Under the pieces are notes generated by a model. That model saw only the letters and a list, made by a program, of their open reading frames with translations, ran no database searches and was not told the DNA's origin. This document shows positions 23,834 to 36,161 of a stretch of DNA of 47,559 nt, piece after piece. The first letter of the stretch is position 1. Every line of letters begins with the position of its first letter. The translations under genes were made by a program, and so were the position numbers. The stretch is from Octopus bimaculoides (taxonomy: Eukaryota): the NCBI RefSeq assembly GCF_001194135.2, contig NC_068992.1, forward strand, positions 36,977,724 through 37,025,282. The letters run 5' to 3'.

Positions 23834-24582
23834 TATATATATATACATATATATANNNNNNNNNNNNNNNNNNNNNNNNNNNNNNNNNNNNNNNNNNNNN
23901 NNNNNNNNNNNNNNNNNNNNNNNNNNNNNNNNNNNNNNNNNNNNNNNNNNNNNNNNNNNNNNNNNNNNNNNNNNNNNNNNNNNNNNNNNNNNNNNNNNNN
24001 NNNNNNNNNNNNNNNNNNNNNNNNNNNNNNNNNNNNNNNNNNNNNNNNNNNNNNNNNNNNNNNNNNNNNNNNNNNNNNNNNNNNNNNNNNNATATATATG
24101 ACGGGCTTCTTTCAGTTTCCGTTTATGAAATCCAGAAACGAGGCTTTGGTCTGCCTGAGGCTATAGAAGAAGACACTCTTTAAAATATAGAGTTGAATGT
24201 CGTGTAGCCACCTGTTGGCAACTTTTCTCCCCCACCCACGTTGTAGGGGGTATTACCCATTTTTCTGGGCTCTTTTCACAGCTATACTCCGTTCGAAATT
24301 TGCATTAGCTTTTGTATGAAAAAAAGGAATGAAGTGGGGGGGGTTGCTTGTAGTTTGTAGAGGAAACGTTAAGCGTGCATAACAAAAAAAATGGGCTCCG
24401 CCCCCCCCCAACTAAAAGACATGAAGAACCATTAAAGAAGGCGAATAAGTACGGGGTGGGGGGAAAGAAGAGAGAACTAACAGTCGATCTTTCTAAAACA
24501 CTCAGAATGAAAACGTAAACACCTGAAAGACTATTCATTACTAAATGTCATCCCTCTTCTGCATTTTTAAAAGTAGAGAAGC

Positions 24583-25635
24583 TAGTTCTCAGGGAGATTC
24601 AGCCTCACACATATTATGACAAGGCTGGCCCCTTTGAATTACAGCTACAACTCATTTTGGCCAGCTGAGTGGACTGCAGCAAGATAAGCCTTCAAGTGGT
24701 TGGAAGATAAAGAAAAAAGATTCTAAAAGGATTGAAATTGTCATTTTAAATGACTGAGGCTTTCCTTTCTCTATCGCTTCACTCCTTTTTCTCTACGTAT
24801 AAGAGAGTGAAGGTGCGAGGCTCAGTGGTTAGGGGTATTCAGCCCACGATCGTAAGGTCATGAGTACGATTCCTGGCGACGCGCTGTGTTCTTCAGCTGT
24901 GCTTCACCTTGCTGCAGGCCACTCAGCTGGCNNNNNNNNNNNNNNNNNNNNNNNNNNNNNNNNNNNNNNNNNNNNNNNNNNNNNNNNNNNNNNNNNNNNN
25001 NNNNNNNNNNNNNNNNNNNNNNNNNNNNNNNNNNNNNNNNNNNNNNNNNNNNNNNNNNNNNNNNNNNNNNNNNNNNNNNNNNNNNNNNNNNNNNNNNNNN
25101 NNNNNNNNNNNNNNNNNNNNNNNNNNNNNNNNNNNNNNNNNNNNNNNNNNNNNNTAGACAGTGTCACGTGACAACTAGCTGGGGCTGCCTGCTGGAGCCT
25201 AGCAGCAGATATAAAAAGGGGAACTTGACATGACGATCAGTCGGATGCTGACACTCGTTGATGCTGCATCGAAGAGGCCAGGGAATAGAAGAAAGAAGAC
25301 ATACACCCAACACTTGAGCTAACTGGATCCTATAAAGGAGCTGTTGTGGTAGCAGACCACGAAACATGGTTGAAATTCCTATCTGGGGGCTTGGCCTCCA
25401 GATCCGTGAGATCCACAAATGTTGCTGTTTGGACCGGACTAACACTCATAATGATCCTAATGACTAAAAAGATTTTCCTGTCCCTATATAGGATCTTTTT
25501 TTTTTCTTTTTCTTCCAACCACTTGAATGTTTATCTAGCTTCAGTCCACTCAGCTGGCCAAAATTAGTTGTAGCTGTAATTCAAAGGGGCCAGCCTTGTC
25601 ATATTCTGTGTGAGACTGAATCTCCTTGAGAACTA
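24583..25635. repeat. Pair of ~135-bp inverted repeats (SINE-core-derived) enclosing ~0.8 kb
   Basis: 24583-24716 is the reverse complement of 25502-25635 with few mismatches. Confidence 0.75.
24812..24931 (+). mobile_element. tRNA-derived SINE 5' portion
   Basis: Box-A-like ggctcagtggttagg and degenerate box-B-like gagtacgattcc, followed by core ccactcagctggc; truncated by gap. Confidence 0.65.
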
Positions 25636-25765
25636 CGTTAATTTTATCCTCGTGTGGTAATGAATGGTGAAAGTAACGTCCAATATTTGCTGTGGCTATT
25701 TGTCTTTGATTTAACAATGTATCTGCGTATCAACTTTCGATCTATGGGTCTACTTTCTCTCACAT

Positions 25766-25814
<49 letters not shown>

Positions 25815-25824
25815 NNNNNNNNNN

Positions 25825-25882
<58 letters not shown>

Positions 25883-26087
25883 ACTTCTTGTGTTCCTCCT
25901 CTCTCCCGCTTTTAATTTAACAATGTGTGTATGTAACTATGTATCTACTTTTCTTTCGATGCATGCATCAATCTACTCTGAAAATACTGATAAACATTTT
26001 ACTTCTCTCTCTTCAACTGTAGAAAAGTGACAGTAACATCCACAGCTATTTTCTGAGAGACAGACATAGGGAGAGAGTGTGTGTTAG

Positions 26088-26228
<141 letters not shown>

Positions 26229-26383
26229 TACCATTTCTTTTTGCAATTTTCATATCATATAGCTTTATTATATATCGTCGAAAACGAAAAGTTTTCCAGC
26301 CTTTTCTGTATGATAATGGGTTACTTTCTCTTTCACTATTATTCTCTATACACTCCTTTTCTTCACTTACTTTTCTACACTTT

Positions 26384-27030
26384 GCCTGGTGCTAAAAAAC
26401 GTCGTAACATCATCCTAATCACGACTGCCAACTTACGTTGGAAATACATTTTATTCTGTAGTACGTTAACTGCTAACTTCTCGCTCAGAGATTTAAGACT
26501 AATGGTTTATCTCTTTACGGTATGAGTGATTGTGTGTCACTTTTAATATATATACCTTGAACATGACTTAGTGCTGCCATCTCTAATCCAACGTTTATCA
26601 TGTATCGATGAAGAGAAATGACCCAGAAAGCATGATCCGCATGTATAGTTTAAGGCTGAATGGGGACATTAGCTCTCTTGTTCGAGGTGTAAGGACGCAG
26701 TTGTGCGTCAGTAGCCAGCTGGAAGAGATGTTTTCCTGGACTTAAAAAATGTAGTAACATCGTCCTAATCAGGACTGCCAACTTATGTTAGCAAATAAAT
26801 TTTGCCCTGTAGTACTGTTACTACTTACCTTTCGCTCAGAGATTTAAAACTAATGGTTTTCCTGTTTACGAGCTCACTGACTGTGTGTCACTTTAAAGGT
26901 GTATCCCTCAAACAAGACCTAGTGCTACCATCTCTAAGCCAAGGGTTATCCAGTGCCGGTGAAGTAAAATAACCAAGAAACCATGGTGTGCAGGTATAGT
27001 TTAAGGCTGAGTGGACACATAAACTCCCTT
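26384..27030 (+). mobile_element. Tandem array (~1.8 units, 351-bp period) of the retrozyme-like repeat
   Basis: Units align in register (GAAA at 26626 and 26977); each carries a degenerate HHR (..GAAAG-CAUG-AUC.. and ..GAAAC-CAUG-GU..). Confidence 0.7.
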
Positions 27031-27038
27031 TTTCGTGG

Positions 27039-28275
27039 TACAGGGGTTGCACAAAAAAATTGGAAACACCTAACGTCATAGCATCATAATTTTGAAATAT
27101 CTATACAACCGCCAAAAGCTTGTTTAGTTTTACGTTTTTTGATTTAACTTAATCTGTTTGCTAAAATTGCTGTTTCTTTTCAGATATCAACAGAAAATAG
27201 TCATTAAAATTCATTAAAATGACAGATAGAAAATAGTAATTAAAATTCATTAAAATGACAGATCTATCGGACAAAATATCGGTGCTCGTATGGCAGGCAC
27301 TAGCGTAACGAAAACAGACGATATGTTTGGTGTATCAAGAAGTACTGTCGCGAAAGTAATGACAGCCTGTGAGAAAGAGGGAAAAACCTCCCTGTCGAAA
27401 CAAAGCTCATGAAGAAAACCAAAACTTTCAGATAACGAATTGTTCGAGAGGATCACAAACGTACAGCTCCCAAAATTACTGCAGAGCTTAATGATCACCT
27501 CGAGAACCGAATTTCCACAAAAATTGTTCGCCGGAAGCTACACAAAGCCGGATTTCACGGGTGGGCTGCAATCAGAAAACCACTACTTTCAAAAACAAAC
27601 GCTGCGAAGCGTTTAGAATGGAGTAAAAGCCTACTGAATTGGTCTCTAAAGCAGTGGATGAATGATCTTTTCTTGGACATTATTTCCGACCACCGGCCGA
27701 GTATACGTGTGGAGACAGCCAAAAGAAGCATTTGACCCAAACTGCCTTCTTCCAACTGTTAAACATGGAGAAGAATCTGTGATAATCAAGAGGGCTTTAT
27801 CTTGGAAATCATTATGGTTTTCCTTCATGGCAGAATTAATAATCAAGACTATTAGAGCATNNNNNNNNNNNNNNNNNNNNNNNNNNNNNNNNNNNNNNNN
27901 NNNNNNNNNNNNNNNNNNNNNNNNNNNNNNNNNNNNNNNNNNNNNNNNNNNNNNNNNNNNNNNNNNNNNNNNNNNNNNNNNNNNNNNNNNNNNNNNNNNN
28001 NNNNNNNNNNNNNNNNNNNNNNNNNNNNNNNNNNNNNNNNNNNNNNNNNNNNNNNNNNNNNNNNNNNNNNNNNNNNNNNNNNNNNNNNNNNNNNNNNNNN
28101 NNNNNNNNNNNNNNNNNNNNNNNNNNNNNNNNNNNNNNNNNNNNNNNNNNNNNNNNNNNNNNNNNNNNNNNNNNNNNNNNNNNNNNNATATAATTTCAAC
28201 CAACTAAGGGATAATATGTATCCAATATACTGCTGGTAGAATACCCAATTATTAATACACAGGTGTTTTTCATTG
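27039..28275 (+). mobile_element. Tc1-like transposon, decayed, interrupted by gap
   Basis: Left end tacaggggttgcacaaaa..ggaaacacc; transposase pieces GARMAGTSVTKT..FGVSRSTV, RKLHKAGFHG..AIRKPLLSKTN..KRLEWSK, GRVYVWRQPKEAFDPNCLLPTVKHG; aggtgttt remnant of the right TIR at ~28261. Confidence 0.85.
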
Positions 28276-28347
28276 CATGGCAATTACACAAATGAATGTA
28301 ATAAATGGGTGAGGTTAAAACGTTGTTTTACCCTTAATTTATGCAGC

Positions 28348-28686
28348 AATAAGAAAATGGAGGGGATCAAGAGGTGGCATTCATCAACTTTTAGACATTT
28401 TATGTCTATTAATTTTTAAAAAACAATTATAACAGTATACATACATGTACAACATATTATGCTTTACATTAAAATATATAACGTAGAACATAGAAAGTAG
28501 AATATTCTACTTTCTATGTCCTACGTTATATATTTTAATAATTACTGGTATTTTTATATATGTAAAGCATAATATGTTACACATGTATGTATATTGTTAT
28601 AATTGTTTTTTAAAAAATAAATAGACATAATATAATGTCTAAAAGTTGATGAATACCACCTCTTGATCCCCTCCATTTTCTTATTG
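28348..28686. repeat. ~340-bp palindrome (fold-back) with no central loop
   Basis: Centre tagaaagtagaat|attctactttcta at 28503/28504; arms match outward to aataagaaaatggaggggatcaag / cttgatcccctccattttcttatt, with a 24-bp insertion in the right arm. Confidence 0.85.
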
Positions 28687-28719
<33 letters not shown>

Positions 28720-28930
28720 NNNNNNNNNNNNNNNNNNNNNNNNNNNNNNNNNNNNNNNNNNNNNNNNNNNNNNNNNNNNNNNNNNNNNNNNNNNNNNNNN
28801 NNNNNNNNNNNNNNNNNNNNNNNNNNNNNNNNNNNNNNNNNNNNNNNNNNNNNNNNNNNNNNNNNNNNNNNNNNNNNNNNNNNNNNNNNNNNNNNNNNNN
28901 NNNNNNNNNNNNNNNNNNNNNNNNNNNNNN

Positions 28931-28969
<39 letters not shown>

Positions 28970-29160
28970 AGAATTCACAAAAAAAAAACAAAAGACGAAG
29001 ACAGTGGTGTAGACAACAAACATATGTATTAGTATAACGCTTAGGAAGTGAAAAATTCTTTAACATTTCTAGCCTAAGCTCTCCCACAGAAAGGAACGCA
29101 GAAAGAAACAAGGAGAGAAAAAAAAGAATGTGTAGTGGCTAGCGATCTATCATGGCGAAT
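28970..29160 (-). mobile_element. PLE pLTR-like fragment with highly degenerate minimal hammerhead
   Basis: Minus strand of 29058-29093: cttt-CUGUGGG-a-gagc-ttag-gcta-GAAAU-GUU-aaag; abuts (TA)n. Confidence 0.45.
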
Positions 29161-29511
29161 GCCGGAAACGTCCGAAGAAATGGAACGTAAAACTGAGTAA
29201 TAGTTGTGATGTTTTTGTAGCTTTAATAATAAGCGCCCCATTTCTTCGGGCGTTTGTGATTCATAACGGAATAAATATCATATTGTATAAAATCGAAGAA
29301 AACCTTAAGTCAAAAAGAAATCTTAAGTTAAAAAGAAATAATGCATGTCTAGAGTAAATAAATTAATGATAAATAAATAATTTAATATAGATATAAATGT
29401 TAACCCATAGGTTGAGAAAAGCTCGCAAACATTATTAAAACAATATACAAGCAATTCATATTCACACATACATATTTTTCCAAACTTGTTTCATATTTAT
29501 ATGCTTGCTTG

Positions 29512-29558
<47 letters not shown>

Positions 29559-29699
29559 TCAGTAAATCATATATCCCGAAATACCGGCCGTTAGGTTTTG
29601 GAGAAATTCTGTAGAGCCAAGTGTTTTATGGACGTGAAACCATGGGTAACCCCGTGAACGGTTATAATTATCGTCGTCTAATTATATATATATATATAT

Positions 29700-29747
<48 letters not shown>

Positions 29748-30451
29748 TGTATGTATGTATGTATGTATGTATGTATATCTATACATATATAATATATATA
29801 TATATATATTGATTCACTTAAAGCGATAAATTAGAAAACTCAATACGGATTCCCATTACTACAGTGTTAACTGAAAAGCTCCGATTTCTAGAACTTAGAT
29901 TTACTCATTTCTGATCATCAGCCAGTAAACTAAGCCTGGTTTTCTTTTGAAACTTTCATCGTCTGAATATTTTTCGAAATAGAAAATATAATTTTGAAGA
30001 AAATGCTTATTCTATTGTTTGAAAACATTTTCAAAAATGACTACTTCAGGCTCACGCTTTTGACTTGATTTCTGGTTTTCGTGGTAGTATTATTATAAAT
30101 TTTATCAAACTCCATACCAGAGAAGTTATAAAATTTCGTGGCTCTTTAAGCAATATTCCAATGTAATACTTTTAATTATTTTTTGTAAAACAATGAGTAT
30201 GTATGCGGCAGTTCATTTTGCATGTGCATGTGCAGACACATATATATACATTTATTCACACTCATACAAATCCATGTATACACAGAATTATATATTTATG
30301 TATATATATACCCATATGCATATATACATATGCGCACATATGAACATGCACCCACACATAGTAAAGTATATATATCAATAAAACCTATTAAGTACACATT
30401 TCGAAACCAACATTTATTTTTCGGAACCAGAACGATATTTCAAGGAAGATT

Positions 30452-31200
30452 CTATTTGCATAAAAGATACTTACCTGCGTGCATACAACGTGTTCAGTTC
30501 TTTTGTTCAAATTATTACTGCCTTGAATCAAAATTCTCAATTTTTCGCTCAAAGATCACACCGCATTTTTTACTTGAAGCTCCCGTTCCTACATGATTGC
30601 ACACAATCTACAATGCACCAGGTAATTTTGAATTCATGAGAGCTTATCTCAGGCAGGTATCATATAATCTTCGACAAGGGTGTGGCACATTCTTTACCGG
30701 GACTGACAAACCAATGTTTGTGCTTGTAATGGCGGATTTTTAATTTGAGTTCCGCTGCCCCAATATATGTTTTAAGTTCATCATTGTTGTTTGCTTCAAA
30801 CTTGGTACTGTATATTGCCGAGTTTCTCAGATAGTTACCATCTAGTGGAAAGTTTACACGAAATTTGTAATTGCATGATCTTTATTGTCTAGCTGTGTGC
30901 ATCACTCTTTTATTCTATTGAGGCGGACTCCAATATCGCTAGAAATAGAGGAGTATATTTATGGATTGATACAGATATGGAAACTTACGCACGGGAGTTT
31001 TTCTCAGGATTACTCAAAATAATAGGTATGCGTTCTGAGAGCTCAGATAGGTGTGTCGCCAAAATTCCAGTTAGAACAGCAGTTGAAGTTGTGGTCTCTT
31101 GTTCAAAAAGTCTAGAGACGGCATCCCTTTGAGTCAGTAGATATAGATTAAAGTAAACAATTAGGCAACGCAGGACAAGATCATTTAATTTCCCGTAATT
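30452..31200 (-). mobile_element. PLE fragment: linker + complete but decayed GIY-YIG endonuclease
   Basis: FPLDGNYLRNSAIYSTKFEANNNDELKTYIGAAELKLKIRHYKHKH..TPLSKII*..FKITWCIV..NLNKRTE..CMHAGKYLLCK*. Confidence 0.85.
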
Positions 31201-31527
31201 CAATCTAAAATTTAGCTACATAACGAATGGTAAAAATACTCCATATTGAGGAAAAATGAAAATGAATGCTAGCAGATCCAAAGTTCTGCGAATACTCAAT
31301 ATGGAGTACTGCATAACAATTCTTTCCCTCTTCTCATCATGCCTTTCCACATAACTATTCTTTTTGACCATGGATTTACCTAAAGCTGACCCGACCTTAC
31401 CTCTTTAAATAGCCAGATCACAGTGATTTCGCATTTATGCTATTGCCGCTCTTCTCAGTCATTAAGATAAGAGCTCCTTGTAGCTATGAGTTGTTTTAAC
31501 TCTTATTTCTAGCAATACCATCTTCAA

Positions 31528-31957
31528 GAAAGGAGACTGGGATGCAACAACTACTCCGATATCTCCCTGCTCAGCATTGCCGGCAAGATTTTCATCAGCA
31601 TTCTTCTGGATCGTCTTCTGGATGTTGCAGAAGAAGTCCTCCTGGAATCTTAATGCAGCTTTCAGCGGTCACGAGGAACGATCGACATGATCTTGTGTAA
31701 GGCAACTTCAGGAAAAGGCTCGTGAAGAGCAGCAACCACACTTCTTCATCTTCTGGGACATTTGCAAAGTCTATGACAAGATTCCCCGACCAGCAATGGG
31801 GTCTGTATTCCATCGCTTTGGTTGCCCCGATCACTTCGGCAACTTCATCATCGCGCTTCATGACAGCATGATAGGCCGAGTTTGCAGGCAGCATGCATTC
31901 TCTGAACCTGAAACAAGGTTGCGGCCTGGCTCCAACCCTGTCCTCCACCTACCTTAA
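31528..31957 (+). mobile_element. RTE-clade LINE reverse transcriptase fragment
   Basis: CNNYSDISLLSIAGKIF..LLES*CSFQRSRGTIDMI..RQLQEKAREE..D..KVYDKI..FGCP..LHDSM..KQGCGLAPTL. Confidence 0.85.
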
Positions 31958-32687
31958 CAAGAGCTCACATGACTCTCTTGGAGTTACATCAATATATGAG
32001 TATATCGGTGTCTTAGTTGATTGATCGTTTGATCGATATTGCAAGTCGTTAGAAAGTGGTAAGTTTAGAACATTGTATTGAATATTAATAGATACATTCT
32101 TCGTCTTTTCTCTGCGTTGTTTCAATGAGTTTTCAAAAGTTAAAATTTTAAAGAGAACACTGACAATTCAGAAACCGGATTAACAATTACGTATCTACAC
32201 AGTATGTGCCTGTAACTAATATATAACCAGATGACATTACTGTTGGATAAAGTCCAATATACTTAACTAATGAAAATTTCGTTCAGTGATGTGAAACGAA
32301 TGTATTGGCATTGAGACAGTGCAGACACGAATTGGCAACCAATGATTCGTCTACGGCAAAGGCAATTACATAATGTGACTTTCAGTTTTATCTTGACTTC
32401 ATTGAACGATAGTTTCTCTTAACTTGCAATAAAGATTCTTCCAGATAGGCCCTAATGTATATTACCCTAGAGTAATTACACTTAGTTGCTTCAATATAAT
32501 ATAATATAATTGTACGAGACCGTTATGTTTCAGTTTTTTTCTTTTTCTTTTTTTTCTTTTGTTAACTTCATTTAACATTTGAATTAACCCAACTAATCCG
32601 ATCAGTTCTATTCCCTAAAACTTTCTAGCCAGTGAAATACTGTTTCTACGTAAACCCACCGATTTCCCTTCCTTCATCTCTCTCTCA

Positions 32688-32719
<32 letters not shown>

Positions 32720-33564
32720 TCTCTCTCTCTCATTCTCTCTCTCTCTCTCTCTCTCTCTTTCTNNNNNNNNNNNNNNNNNNNNNNNNNNNNNNNNNNNNNN
32801 NNNNNNNNNNNNNNNNNNNNNNNNNNNNNNNNNNNNNNNNNNNNNNNNNNNNNNNNNNNNNNNNNNNNNNNNNNNNNNNNNNNNNNNNNNNNNNNNNNNN
32901 NNNNNNNNNNNNNNNNNNNNNNNNNNNNNNNNNNNNNNNNNNNNNNNNNNNNNNNNNNNNNNNNNNNNNNNNNNNNNNNNNNNNNNNNNNNNNNNNNNNN
33001 NNNNNNNNNNNNNNNNNNNNNNNNNNNNNNNNNNNNNNNNNNNNNNNNNNNNNNNNNNNNNNNNNNNNNNNNNNNNNNNNNNNNNNNNNNNNNNNNNNNN
33101 NNNNNNNNNNNNNNNNNNNNNNNNNNNNNNNNNNNNNNNNNNNNNNNNNNNNNNNNNNNNNNNNNNNNNNNNNNNNNNNNNNNNNNNNNNNNNNNNNNNN
33201 NNNNNNNNNNNNNNNNNNNNNNNNNNNNNNNNNNNNNNNNNNNNNNNNNNNNNNNNNNNNNNNNNNNNNNNNNNNNNNNNNNNNNNNNNNNNNNNNNNNN
33301 NNNNNNNNNNNNNNNNNNNNNNNNNNNNNNNNNNNNNNNNNNNNNNNNNNNNNNNNNNNNNNNNNNNNNNNNNNNNNNNNNNNNNNNNNNNNNNNNNNNN
33401 NNNNNNNNNNNNNNNNNNNNNNNNNNNNNNNNNNNNNNNNNNNNNNNNNNNNNNNNNNNNNNNNNNNNNNNNNNNNNNNNNNNNNNNNNNNNNNNNNNNN
33501 NNNNNNNNNNNNNNNNNNNNNNNNNNNNNNNNNNNNNNNNNNNNNNNNNNNNNNNNNNNNNNNT

Positions 33565-33790
33565 ATAGGTTCAAAAAAAGGAAAAAGACAAAAAACAATA
33601 ACAATAAACAACAACGTGAGGACGTGATACAGATAGTGTTACTAGACGCTCGGGAAAGGAAAGAGAGAGAGTATGACGTTTCGAGCGGAGCTCTTCGTCG
33701 GAAACAAGGAAAGTTCAAAGAAGGGAAAAACGGAGGAAGAAACAATCGCCACCGATGTCCACGAGGTTACATTGTGGAAGGACTGGAAGA
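33565..33790 (-). mobile_element. PLE pLTR-like fragment with minimal hammerhead (one core mutation)
   Basis: Minus strand of 33671-33706: gttt-CCGACGA-a-gagc-tcc-gctc-GAAAC-GUC-atac; same family as 2607-2810. Confidence 0.65.
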
Positions 33791-33844
33791 GGAAGTGGTG
33801 GAGGAAAAGTTCTTTCTAAGGCAAGAGAGTGAAAAAAGGAGGTG

Positions 33845-35469
33845 AATATGTGTGCGTGCGCGAGGGTCTGCGTGTGTGTGTGTAATAACAGAACGTTGTG
33901 TGCGTATGTATGTGTGTGTGTGCGTGTATATGCGTAGTATGTGTTCGTGTATGTGTTACTGTTTGTTGTGTGTATGTGAGTTATGTGTGGGTTCATTTGC
34001 GTGTGTGTACATGTATGTGCACCTGGGTGTGTGTGTGTGAGTGTGTGTGTAGGAGTTGTGTGTAGGTTCATTTGCATGTGTGTGTAAGTGAGCTCGTTTC
34101 TACATGTGTGTGTATGTGTGTGGATGTGCGTACGCGTGTGTGTGGGGGATTGTGATGTGTGTGGGATTGTGAGTGTTAGGTACGTGTGTGTGTGTGTGNN
34201 NNNNNNNNNNNNNNNNNNNNNNNNNNNNNNNNNNNNNNNNNNNNNNNNNNNNNNNNNNNNNNNNNNNNNNNNNNNNNNNNNNNNNNNNNNNNNNNNNNNN
34301 NNNNNNNNNNNNNNNNNNNNNNNNNNNNNNNNNNNNNNNNNNNNNNNNNNNNNNNNNNNNNNNNNNNNNNNNNNNNNNNNNNNNNNNNNNNNNNNNNNNN
34401 NNNNNNNNNNNNNNNNNNNNNNNNNNNNNNNNNNNNNNNNNNNNNNNNNNNNNNNNNNNNNNNNNNNNNNNNNNNNNNNNNNNNNNNNNNNNNNNNNNNN
34501 NNNNNNNNNNNNNNNNNNNNNNNNNNNNNNNNNNNNNNNNNNNNNNNNNNNNNNNNNNNNNNNNNNNNNNNNNNNNNNNNNNNNNNNNNNNNNNNNNNNN
34601 NNNNNNNNNNNNNNNNNNNNNNNNNNNNNNNNNNNNNNNNNNNNNNNNNNNNNNNNNNNNNNNNNNNNNNNNNNNNNNNNNNNNNNNNNNNNNNNNNNNN
34701 NNNNNNNNNNNNNNNNNNNNNNNNNNNNNNNNNNNNNNNNNNNNNNNNNNNNNNNNNNNNNNNNNNNNNNNNNNNNNNNNNNNNNNNNNNNNNNNNNNNN
34801 NNNNNNNNNNNNNNNNNNNNNNNNNNNNNNNNNNNNNNNNNNNNNNNNNNNNNNNNNNNNNNNNNNNNNNNNNNNNNNNNNNNNNNNNNNNNNNNNNNNN
34901 NNNNNNNNNNNNNNNNNNNNNNNNNNNNNNNNNNNNNNNNNNNNNNNNNNNNNNNNNNGGTGTGTGTGTGTATGTGTATGTGGGTGTGTGCGGGTGTGTG
35001 TGTGTATGTGTGTGGATGTGCGTACGCGTGTGTGTGGGGGATTGTGATGTGTGTGGGATTGTGAGTGTTAGGTACGTGTGTGTGTGTGTGTGCGCGCGTG
35101 TGTATATTTTTTTGTGCGTGCGTGTATGTGTATATTGTGTATGTTTTCGTGCGTGCGTGAGTGTGTGTATGTTGTGTATATGTGCGTTACTGTGTATGTG
35201 TGTGTGCAAGTGTTTGCATACGTACGTGCGTGTAGTGCGTGTGTCATTTATGCCCCTTGTGTGTGTAGTATGCGTGTTTGTGTGAGTGTGTGTTGTGTAT
35301 GTGAGAGGTGTGTGTGCGTGCGTGTGCGTGTGTGCATGTGTGTATGTGTGTGGATGTGTATGTGTGTGTTTATGTGTGTATGCGTGCGTATTTGTGTGTG
35401 TGTGTGTATGTATGTGGCTGTGTATGTACGTGTATGTAGGTGTGCGCGTTTATGTGTGCGCGTATATAT

Positions 35470-35503
<34 letters not shown>

Positions 35504-35990
35504 GGCTGTGTAAGTAGGTGTGTGTCTCTATCACTGTACGTGTGTGTGTGTGTATATATGTGCGTTCGTCTATATGTGTGTGTGAGAGCGCGCATGTATG
35601 TTTGTCATGCGTCTTTGTCAGGTGTGTGGGCGGTATATATGTCAGGTGTGTGGGAGGTGTATGTGTTAGGTGTATGGGAGGTATATGTGAATGGGGGTAT
35701 GTATGGGTTGTCAGGTGTGTGGGAGGTATGTGTGAATGGGGGTATATATGGGTTATGTGTGAAAGGGTGTGTATGCTTGGGTGTGTGTGTATGTGTATGT
35801 ATGCGTGTTTGTTAGCGTGTGTGTGTATGCGCAAGTGTGGATGTGTATGTGCGTTTGTATAAGTGTGTGGGCGAATCTGAACCTGTAAGCGCATGCATGT
35901 GTGTTGTGTGTGTGTGGTGTGTGGGGGGAGGGGAGGTGTGCATACATGTGTGTGTATAGGTGCGTGTATCTTTTGTGTGTGTGGGTATGT
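33845..35990. repeat. Long degenerate (TG)n tract with ~24-bp minisatellite at ~35615-35760; includes a gap
   Basis: Directly visible; repeats of tgtcaggtgtgtgggaggt. Confidence 0.85.
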
Positions 35991-36161
35991 CTGCGTTTTG
36001 GAAGAGATGAAATAAATTGTGAAAAATTATGATTATAATAAAATAGTGAATAATGGAAGGTAAAGTGGATAAGGGGGGAGGGGTTAAATAAAGTGTAGAA
36101 AACAAAGAAAAAATAATAATAAAAAATAAAGAAAAGTGTTGCATTGTCGTAAAGGAGACAG

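Noticed and set aside
26384-27030. CRISPR-like array (also 46308-46599)
   Set aside because: Units are long diverged tandem repeats without unique spacers, the context is eukaryotic and there are no cas genes.
30467-30477. ATACTTACCTG, identical to the U1 snRNA 5' end and to a perfect minus-strand splice donor
   Set aside because: No U1 body follows, and on the minus strand it falls within the PLE endonuclease C-terminal codons (CMHAGKYLL).
30989-31126. Possible 138-bp host exon on the minus strand (AG...GTAAGT, open frame DAVSRLFEQ...)
   Set aside because: Splicing to the nearest acceptor hits a stop quickly, and the segment is collinear with PLE linker sequence leading into the GIY-YIG domain. 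It is not fully excluded without RNA-seq.
34105-35090. Identical ~90-bp sequence on both sides of a gap
   Set aside because: Probably an unmerged contig overlap or collapsed tandem repeat, so an assembly artefact cannot be excluded.
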